From: an uncultured bacterium
GTDB taxonomy: Bacteria; Omnitrophota; Gorgyraeia; Duberdicusellales; CBEUCJ01
Assembly: GCA_965541615.1 (NCBI GenBank)
Contig: CBEUCJ010000001.1
Span: 195,754 to 259,753, forward strand
Length of the DNA stretch: 64,000 nucleotides
Direction of reading: 5' to 3'
Shown here: one piece after another, positions 9,003 to 17,500 of the stretch
Layout: every line of letters starts with the position of its first letter
How positions within the stretch are numbered: the first letter of the stretch is position 1
Position numbers and translations under genes: made by a program
The notes under the pieces: generated by a model
What the model saw: the letters and a program-made list of their open reading frames with translations, nothing else
Databases searched by the model: none
What the model was told of the DNA's origin: nothing

Positions 9003-12000
9003 TTGTGGTAGAACTCAAAAATGTTTGGGAAAAATATAGTATAAAATTTGTCTCTGAAAAGAAAATTTGGCGAGAAGAAATTTGGGCATTAAAAGACATT
9101 AATCTTAAAGTTAAGAAAGGAGAAGTTTTAGGAATAATTGGAGCTAATGGAGCAGGAAAGACTACTCTTTTAAAACTCATCGCTGGAATGCTTATTCCTG
9201 ATAGAGGTGAGGTTATTGTAAAAGGAAAAGTAGCTACAATTATGGAATTGGGAGCAGGTTTTAATCCTGAATTTACAGGCAAAGAGAATATAATTCTTAA
9301 TGCTCACACTTATGGATTAGATGAAAATAGTTTAAATGAAAGATTAGAAAAAATTATAGAATTTTCTGGGTTAGGAAAATTTATTTACGCTCCTATAAAG
9401 TATTACTCTCAGGGTATGTTTTTAAGGTTAGCTTTCTCATTAGCTATTCATGCTGAACCAGATATTCTTCTTATAGATGATATTTTAGCTGTGGGGGACA
9501 AAGAAGCTCAAGAAAAATGTATTAATAAAATATTTGAATTAAAAAAGGAAAGAAAGACTATTATTTTGGTAAGTCATGATATGGAAATGATAAGCAGATT
9601 ATGTGATAGAGCAATTTTTTTAGAGAAAGGTAAGATCATTTATGAAGGAGTACCTCAAAAAGCAGTTTTTAAATATCTAGAAACTGTAGGAAATAAAGAA
9701 GGTATTGGTGTTTTGGAAGAGAATGATTTAAGGATCGTTTTTAACAATGGAAGAATCAATATAAGCTGGAGAGATTTTCCTATTACAAAAAGAAACAGCT
9801 GTATTTTTTATTTTGATTCTTTAGTTAATAGCCAGATTTCTTTTTTAAATCTTTTTTGGAGAGTAAAAAAAATAGATTCTAATAAGATTTTAGCTGAAGG
9901 TAGAGATCATAAAGATTTTCTTTTACAAATTTGGAATATCCAATTACAAGATAATTGTTTACATTTAGAAATAGAAATACTCAGTTCAACTGGAGAATCT
10001 CATTTAGGTCTTTCACTTTTTTCTGAATACAAAAAGTGGATAACTTTGAATGAAGAAAAAGAGTTTCCTCCTTTTATTTCTAAAACAGAATATCAAGATT
10101 TAGGTTTAAAAATCTCTCCTGAAGGAATAATAGGTATTAAATCAAAAAATATTCAAGATTTTCCTTATCTTATTTTTGAAAGAAAAGATAATAGTGACCA
10201 GATTAAGCTTTTTAATACAGGTTATAAAGAAGAAGCTCGCATTGTTCAGTTGCCTTTAAATAATAATAAACTTATTGTAGATATCAAAGTATTTTCTGAA
10301 GAAAATGACTTCGAAAAATATATTAAAGATAAAAAAGATAAATTGAAATCTAAACTCCTCTCTCAAAGAACTCTAACCTCAAAAAACTTAAAAGTATATG
10401 CAGACACAGAAAAAAAAGCAGTAAGGATTTATTACAAAGATTTAGAGATCACTAAAGCATTTGGTTTGCACACTTCTTTTTTAATAGATAACAATTGGTA
10501 TGGAAATTCAGAAGCTGAGTGGCAAGTAGAAAAGAAAAACTCTATGCTTATTTTGCAATTTAGTTGGAAAAAGTTGAGAATTAATCAGAGATGGAAACTC
10601 ACTCTTAAAGAAAATTCTATTTTCTGGCAAATAGAATCTGAAATAAAAAATTTGCCCAACCTTAAATTATTCAAATTCGGTATATTTTTATCTGAAAAAT
10701 ACAATACTTTTTTCTCTGGAGCTCAACAAGAGAATTTTCCTGAAGAATTTAATTCATGGCGGGATATGGAATTAAATGATTTCCAAGCTGGATTGATAGG
10801 AGTAAGAAAAAGAGAAAACTATCCTGCTATTGTTCTAGAAAATAAAAATAAACTTCAGGCTTTTATCCAAAATAGTAATAACAATTTAAGCTCCCGTGTT
10901 TTACAGTTAGGCACTTTTCTATCTCCTAATCAAAAAAAATTTTCTTTTTCTACACAACTTAAATTTTTAGAAGAAGAGAATCTTATTGAAGACTATATTA
11001 AAGAAGAACAGCAAAAACTCCTCTCTCAAAGAACTCTAACCTCAAAAAACTTAAAAGTATATGCAGACACAGAAAAAAAAGCAGTAAGGATTTATTATAA
11101 AGATTTAGAAATTACGAAAAACAGAGGGTTATATACAGCGATATGTTTAAAAAATAAAAGATGGATTCATTCTTTTGACTGTTCTTGGCAGATAGAAAAA
11201 AAATCTGAAGAATTGATCTTAATTGTAAAATATAAAAAAATTCTTTCAGAAGTTTGGCGTTTAAGTTGCCAAAATAATATTTTAGAAATTAAAATTGAGC
11301 TAAATCCAATGGCGCCCTTTGTTTTGCTTAATAGAGATTTGAGATTAGAGATATCTGATGAGTATGAAAAATGGATTACTGCTTATGAGGGAGGAGATTT
11401 TTTAAATCAACATTATGGCGGTATAATTCCTGTAAGACTAAAAGATAATAAGGTTTCTAAAATAATGCTGAAAACAAATGATGAGATTTCAGCTCCAACT
11501 TTGTATTTTGAGACTTTATGTCCACATTATGGACAAATTTTGGGAATATATAAAAACAAAAAAGATAAATATATTTGTCTTAATTTTTCTTCTATGATTT
11601 CAAAAAAAGAAAATCGATTTTATCCTGAAAAATATATTTGTTTTTTATCTAAAATTATTTTTAATGAGAATATTGAATTAAAAGAGACTGAATTTGAAGA
11701 AAAAGTTGAGATAAGTAAAGATAATTTAAGGTTTATTTTTGATAGGGGGAAAAGTCAAATATTTTGGAAAGAAGAAAAAATAACCCAAGCTTTAGGAGTT
11801 TATACATCTTTACGTTCTTCTGGTATATGGTATGATTCTTATCAAGCAAAGTGGGAGATAATTAAAAAAGAAAAAGATAGGTTGATTTTACGTGGTGATT
11901 GGATATACCTTCCTATTTCACAGATTTGGAATATAGAACTGAGAGAAAAAAATTTAATATACTGGAAAGTAGATATAGAAGTTCATGAAGAAATTGATTT

Positions 12001-12346
12001 AGAGATAGAGCAAGCAGGTATTATGCTTTCTTTAAAATATGAAAATTGGAAAATACCCAGATTAATCCAAAATAAATTTCTTGATGAATTCCCACAAGAT
12101 TATGATATCTTGCCTTTTAGGTTTTGGTATGGAAAATCAAATAAAATAGAAGTTTTTAGTGAAAAAAAAGATTTTCCAAAATTATTGTTTGAATGTAAAT
12201 CTGAAGAAGAATCTTTTAGAGCTGTAGTAGAAAATAGTGATTATTTTTACAAAGCAAGATTAATTCAATATCAAAGATCAAATATCCAAAAAAGATTTCC
12301 AGGTAAATATTCTTATTTTGAAGGAGTAATTAAAATTGAAAGTTAA
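8999..12346 (+). CDS. wzt: polysaccharide ABC exporter ATP-binding protein (Wzt/TagH family) with ~850-aa C-terminal extension made of at least 4 tandem copies of a ~200-aa repeated domain
   Basis: Walker A GIIGANGAGKTTLL; signature YSQGMFLRLAF; Walker B ILLIDDILAVGD (DD, not the usual DE). The extension carries repeats of the type xVRIxxxxxxIxWxxxEITKxxGLxT...W...S...W.I.KK....LIL...W..L..SQIWN..L.E.N.I.W.VDIE. Confidence 0.7.
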   Translation: MIVVELKNVWEKYSIKFVSEKKIWREEIWALKDINLKVKKGEVLGIIGANGAGKTTLLKLIAGMLIPDRGEVIVKGKVATIMELGAGFNPEFTGKENIILNAHTYGLDENSLNERLEKIIEFSGLGKFIYAPIKYYSQGMFLRLAFSLAIHAEPDILLIDDILAVGDKEAQEKCINKIFELKKERKTIILVSHDMEMISRLCDRAIFLEKGKIIYEGVPQKAVFKYLETVGNKEGIGVLEENDLRIVFNNGRINISWRDFPITKRNSCIFYFDSLVNSQISFLNLFWRVKKIDSNKILAEGRDHKDFLLQIWNIQLQDNCLHLEIEILSSTGESHLGLSLFSEYKKWITLNEEKEFPPFISKTEYQDLGLKISPEGIIGIKSKNIQDFPYLIFERKDNSDQIKLFNTGYKEEARIVQLPLNNNKLIVDIKVFSEENDFEKYIKDKKDKLKSKLLSQRTLTSKNLKVYADTEKKAVRIYYKDLEITKAFGLHTSFLIDNNWYGNSEAEWQVEKKNSMLILQFSWKKLRINQRWKLTLKENSIFWQIESEIKNLPNLKLFKFGIFLSEKYNTFFSGAQQENFPEEFNSWRDMELNDFQAGLIGVRKRENYPAIVLENKNKLQAFIQNSNNNLSSRVLQLGTFLSPNQKKFSFSTQLKFLEEENLIEDYIKEEQQKLLSQRTLTSKNLKVYADTEKKAVRIYYKDLEITKNRGLYTAICLKNKRWIHSFDCSWQIEKKSEELILIVKYKKILSEVWRLSCQNNILEIKIELNPMAPFVLLNRDLRLEISDEYEKWITAYEGGDFLNQHYGGIIPVRLKDNKVSKIMLKTNDEISAPTLYFETLCPHYGQILGIYKNKKDKYICLNFSSMISKKENRFYPEKYICFLSKIIFNENIELKETEFEEKVEISKDNLRFIFDRGKSQIFWKEEKITQALGVYTSLRSSGIWYDSYQAKWEIIKKEKDRLILRGDWIYLPISQIWNIELREKNLIYWKVDIEVHEEIDLEIEQAGIMLSLKYENWKIPRLIQNKFLDEFPQDYDILPFRFWYGKSNKIEVFSEKKDFPKLLFECKSEEESFRAVVENSDYFYKARLIQYQRSNIQKRFPGKYSYFEGVIKIES
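10352..10447 (+). repeat. near-identical ~96-nt direct repeat, copy 1 (inside the wzt extension)
   Basis: aaactcctctctcaaagaactctaacctcaaaaaacttaaaagtatatgcagacacagaaaaaaaagcagtaaggatttatta... recurs at 11018..11113 with only a few mismatches near the 3' end. It encodes KLLSQRTLTSKNLKVYADTEKKAVRIYYKDLEITK twice. Confidence 0.85.
11018..11113 (+). repeat. near-identical ~96-nt direct repeat, copy 2
   Basis: See copy 1. This marks a recent internal duplication of one domain repeat in wzt. Confidence 0.85.
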
Positions 12347-14543
12347 TGAGATTATTAAAGGCAGAGTAAGAATAATTTTTACTCAAAAAGGTGTAAGTAT
12401 TTTCTGGAATAATATTGAGATTACAAAAAATGTCGGCCTAAATGTAGCAATTAATACTGCAGGTTTATGGACAGATTCTTCAAAGGCAGATTGGAAGATA
12501 ATAGAAAAAAAAGGAGATAGTGTTGTTTTGAAAATAATATTTAAAGAGTTACCTCTTTCTCAAATTTGGAATTTAAAGTTCTTTACAGAGAAAGAAATAG
12601 ATTGGCAGATAGATACACAGATAGAGGAATGGATCTTTATAGATGAAGTAAGAATTTTATGCTTACTCCAACCTTATTATAAAAGTTGGATATGTGATTA
12701 TAAAGAAGGAGATTTTGTTAAATTGAGCAGAAATTGGCATGATCTATACATTAGTTCATCTTCATCTTCTTTGGTAGGAGCAAGATTTTGTGTTCAAGAA
12801 AAGTTTTTACCTTCTTTTACAATGGAATCTTTGGATAAAGAATTCTTCTCATTTGTCCAAGTATCTCCCCAGATAATAGGTGCATATGTTATTGGATTTA
12901 GAAGTAAAGATATGAAAGAGTTTTTACCAGGGTATCATCATACTTTTTCAGGAAAACTTAGTCTATTTGAAGAAGAGAAAATTTTGGATGAAAAATTAGA
13001 AATACCCCGCAGTTTAAAAATGGAAAAAGATTTAAGAAAAAAAGGATTTAAAAAGGAAAAGTTAAAAGTTTTACTTTTAAATCTTCCTTGGCAAAGAGAA
13101 GGAAAATGGGGAGTAAGAGCAGGTTCTCGCTGGCCACATATTAAAGATGATTCTGAAGGGAATTATTTACCTTTCCCCTTTTTTTTAGCTTATGCAACGA
13201 GTCTTTTAAAAAAACATAATATCGATGCACATATAATCGATGCCATTGCAGAAAAAATAAATTTTGAGGAACTTTTAAAAAGAATTATAAAAGAAGATTA
13301 CAACATTTTTGTAATTGAGACTTCTGTTCCTTCTTTCTATGATGATTTAAAAATGGCAGAAAAACTTTCTTCTTTAGGAAAGATTATTCTTTGTGGACCA
13401 AATGTGTTAATTTACAGTGAAGAATTTTTAAAGAATACTCCTTTTGTTGATTATGTTATTTATGGAGAATATGAATTTACACTTTTAAATTTAATAAAAG
13501 CATTAAAAGAAAAAAAAGATTTAAGAAAAATTAAAGGGATCATCTTCAGAGAAAATTCAGATATAATAAAAACTCCACCTCAAGAATTGATAGATATAAA
13601 CTTACTTCCTTGGCCAGAAAGAGAAGAACTCCCTATTTATAACTATTGGGATATGCCAGGAAATATTCCCTATCCTTCAGTTCAGATGCTTTCTTCACGA
13701 GGATGTGTTTTTTCTTGTAATTTCTGTCTTTGGCCTCAAGTTTTGTTTATGAAAAAATACAGAGCAAGAGATATAAAAGATGTTGTAGATGAAATGCAAT
13801 ATGTAGTAGAAAAATTTGGGTTTAAATCTATTTATTTTGATGACGATACTTTCAATATAGGAAAAGAGAGAGTTTTGAATTTATGTAAAGAAATTATAAA
13901 AAGAGGATTAAATAAAATTCCTTGGGCAATAATGGCAAAACCAGATTTGATGGATGAGGAATTATTAGATAACTTAAAAAAAGCAGGTTTATTCTCTATA
14001 AAATATGGAGTGGAAAATGCTGATCAAGAGATTGTAAATAGATGCGGTAAAAATCTTAATTTAAAAAAAGCAGAAAAAATGATTAAATACACAAAATCTT
14101 TAGGAATAAAAATTCATCTTACTTTTAGCTTTGGACTCGAAGGTGAGACAAAGGAAACTATAAAAAGAACCATTGATTATGCACTAGAACTTGATCCAGA
14201 TTCAGTTCAATTCTCTATAATTACTCCTTTCCCTGGAACAAAACTTTATGAGGATTTAGAGAGAGAAGGAAGAATTTTAACAAAGAATTGGTCTCTTTAT
14301 GATGGGCATTACAGTTGTGTATTTAAACCTAAAAACTTATCACCAAAGGATTTAGAAGAAGCAAAACAATATGCTTACCGAGTATGGAAAGATTTTCAAA
14401 GAAAGAAAAGAGGATTTATTGGAGATTTGAAAAGATTTTTAAATTACGCAAAAGAAAGAGGATTAAGTTATGCTTTTTATAAAAGTTTTGACTATTTTAA
14501 ATATCTCCTGTTTTACAGAAAAAAGTTTCTAGGAAAAATATAA
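12336..14543 (+). CDS. B12-binding (class B) radical SAM enzyme with an N-terminal Wzt-extension-type repeat domain
   Basis: N-terminus RVRIIFTQKGVSIFWNNIEITKNVGLNVAI...LPLSQIWNLKF matches the wzt C-terminal repeats. B12-binding segment KVLLLNLPWQREGKWG...NIFVIETSVPSF. rSAM core SSRGCVFSCNFCLWPQ (CxxxCxxC) followed by IYFDDDTF. TTG start 11 nt inside the wzt 3' end. Confidence 0.65.
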   Translation: MKVNEIIKGRVRIIFTQKGVSIFWNNIEITKNVGLNVAINTAGLWTDSSKADWKIIEKKGDSVVLKIIFKELPLSQIWNLKFFTEKEIDWQIDTQIEEWIFIDEVRILCLLQPYYKSWICDYKEGDFVKLSRNWHDLYISSSSSSLVGARFCVQEKFLPSFTMESLDKEFFSFVQVSPQIIGAYVIGFRSKDMKEFLPGYHHTFSGKLSLFEEEKILDEKLEIPRSLKMEKDLRKKGFKKEKLKVLLLNLPWQREGKWGVRAGSRWPHIKDDSEGNYLPFPFFLAYATSLLKKHNIDAHIIDAIAEKINFEELLKRIIKEDYNIFVIETSVPSFYDDLKMAEKLSSLGKIILCGPNVLIYSEEFLKNTPFVDYVIYGEYEFTLLNLIKALKEKKDLRKIKGIIFRENSDIIKTPPQELIDINLLPWPEREELPIYNYWDMPGNIPYPSVQMLSSRGCVFSCNFCLWPQVLFMKKYRARDIKDVVDEMQYVVEKFGFKSIYFDDDTFNIGKERVLNLCKEIIKRGLNKIPWAIMAKPDLMDEELLDNLKKAGLFSIKYGVENADQEIVNRCGKNLNLKKAEKMIKYTKSLGIKIHLTFSFGLEGETKETIKRTIDYALELDPDSVQFSIITPFPGTKLYEDLEREGRILTKNWSLYDGHYSCVFKPKNLSPKDLEEAKQYAYRVWKDFQRKKRGFIGDLKRFLNYAKERGLSYAFYKSFDYFKYLLFYRKKFLGKI

Positions 14544-14554
14544 AAAATGCCTAT

Positions 14555-17500
14555 ATGGAAAAAATTCTTGAAGGAATAGATAAGGAAAAAGTATTAACTG
14601 GTCCACGAGTAGTCCAAATCGATTTAACAGATAAATGTAACTTAAACTGTATTTTTTGCTGGGTCCACTCACCTTTGTTCGATAAAAAAAAGATTTTTCC
14701 AGAAGGATTGAAAGAATTACCTTTTAAATTAGTTAAAAATTTAATAAAGGAATTAAAAGATTTAGGAACAGAAGAAATTATTCTTTCAGGATCAGGTGAA
14801 CCTTTTATGTATGATAAAATTTTAGAAGTTATAGATTTAATAAAATCTTATGGTTTTTATTTGAATATTATTACCAATGGTTTACTTATAAATGATAAGA
14901 TAGCAAAATTTTTAGTTGAGAAAAAAGTAGATCTTCTTACAGTAAGTGTATCTGCAGCTAAACCTTCTACATATTTAAAACTGCATCCTCCAGCTACTCA
15001 TGATGATTTTTTAAAACTTAAAAACAATTTAAAAAAAATATCTAATTATAAAAATGAAATTGTGACGATTTATCCTCATACAAAAATTTATAATGTAATC
15101 TGTAATAAAAATTACAGAGAGATTGAAGAGATGATAGATTTTGCAAAAGAAGTCGATGCAGATTCTGTTGAATTTCAAACAATAGATATAATTGAAAATA
15201 AAACAGAATTTTTAGCTTTAGGTAATAAAGAAAAAGAAGAAATTTTTGAAATATTTGAAAGAATAAGAAAAAGAAAAGATTTAATAGATTATGAAATTCC
15301 AAAAGAAAAAAAAATAAAAGATTTTATAAAAGAAGAATTTTCAGATTTTGGAAAGATATGGAAAAATTATAAAGAAAATTTTCAACTTACAAGATATGCA
15401 AAAGAACTTATATGCCCTAAAGGTTTTAATGGAGAAAGAAAAATAATTTTTCATACATATTCTCCTTATGCAACAAGAGTTTCTGATTTTTGGTATAAGT
15501 TTAATTTCAACAATAACTGTAAAGAATGTGAGTTGAAAAGAAAATGTTTCAATAAGAAAGAGGAAGTTGGAGAGGTTGATGTGAAGCTGTTGAATCTTTT
15601 AAATGTGGAAAGTTTTTTAAGAAAATTAGTTAACCTGGATAATCAGAATTTTACTTATAGAAAAGATATTGATAGTATCCCCTGTTATATAGGCTGGTAT
15701 TATGCACGAATTTTGACAAATGCAGATGTAATTCCTTGCTGTAAAGCTTATAAATTTGCTTTAGGTAATTTATACAAAAAATCATTTAGCCAAATTTGGA
15801 AATCAGAAAAATATAATGAATTTAGAATAAAAGCTAAAAATTTGTCAAAAAAAGACAAATATTTTTCTTTAATAAACTGTATAAAAGAATGTGATAATTG
15901 GGGAATGAATATGGAAATTCACAAAAAATTTATGGAATATAAAAAAGAAAAGGATATAAGAGAAAAATCATTTTCTTTAGTAATAAATGCTGATAAATTT
16001 TTTGAAGGGAATTTTAACAAAGGCAATCATGAGTTTGGTAAAGGGTTAATAATAGATGGAGGAGAAAAAAGAGGGCATGCATTATATTCTATAACTATAA
16101 AAGAAAATGGAAGATATGAATTATGGTCAAAATACGCTTCCTATCAAATAAGACCAGTTAAAATTTTTATTGATGGAAATTTAATAAAAGAAGATGGACT
16201 TTCAAAAATTACTGGAGGCTGGAATAAAGTTTTTTCAAAATGGTTTAAGGAAGGAGAAATCTATCTTAAAGAAGGAAAGCATATTTTAAAAATTGTAGCA
16301 GATAACTGCATTCCTCATATAGAGAAATTTGCCTTTTTAAAAAAAGAAGGAAAGATTAATTTATTTAATATCAAAACTTCTTATCTTGAAAAATTTAAAG
16401 ATATTCTTAAAAAAGAAGGTTTAAAAAAAGCTATTTATAAATTATTTTATAATCTTACTCCTTCAAATTTAAAAGACAGATATTTGGAGATTTTAGGAAT
16501 TTTAGATAAAGAATATGCTTATAAAGGCCCTTTTCATGTTCAGATAGATTTAACTAATGATTGTAATAGTAATTGCATTGCCTGTTGGTGCAATTCTCCT
16601 TTATTTAAAAAACCAAGATTAACACCTGAAGAAAAAAAAGAATATCTTCCCTTTTCTTTAGTTAAAGAAGTTTTAGATGAATTGAAAGCAATGCATACTA
16701 CAGAGATTTACTATTCAGGAGGTGGAGAACCTTTTATGCATCCTAATATTTTAGAAATTTTAGAGTATACAAAAAAGAAAGGATTTATAACTCATGTAAA
16801 TACAAATTTCACTTTAGTTAATAAAGATGTAGCTGATAAATTAATAGATATAGGTGTAGATTTTTTAACAGTAAGTGTATGGGCAGGGACTCCTCAAGTT
16901 TATAAAAAAGTCCATTTAAGAGATGAAGAGGTTTTTTTTAGAGTAAAAGATACTCTCCTGTACCTTAACAAAAGAAAAAAGCAAAAATACAACAAACCTT
17001 TAATTAAAATTTATTCTGTAATTTTTAATATGAATTATCATGAGATAGAAGAAATAATTAAATTTGCAGAAGATACTTTATCTGAGTCTATAGAATTCAC
17101 TTTAGTCGATACTATACCAGGAGTTACTGATGTATTGCGACTAAATGATAAGCAGTATGAAGAGTTAATTTATAAATTTGAAAAGATTAAAAGAAAATTA
17201 GATAAAAATAATAGACTTCCCTCAGGTTTACTTTTATTTCAATTTGAACAGTTTTTGCGAAGGATTTCTCAAAAAAACAATGTAAAAGAAGCAAAGTATG
17301 ATAAGAATATAATTGATAGTATGCCTTGTTATATTGGTTGGCTTTTTGCAAGAATTATCCCTAATGGAGAGGTTCATCCCTGTCTTAAGGCTCATCGTAT
17401 ACCTAGTGGTTCTTTATATTTAAATAGATTTTTTGAAATATGGAATTCAGATAAACAAAAATATTTCAGAAAAAAGACTTTAGTCTATGAAAAAAAGGAT

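Noticed and set aside
10352-11113. Considered whether the 96-nt direct repeats mark a mobile element or CRISPR-like array
   Set aside because: There are only two copies and both are in frame within one coding sequence. They encode the same peptide segment of a domain repeat, with no flanking inverted repeats or transposase.
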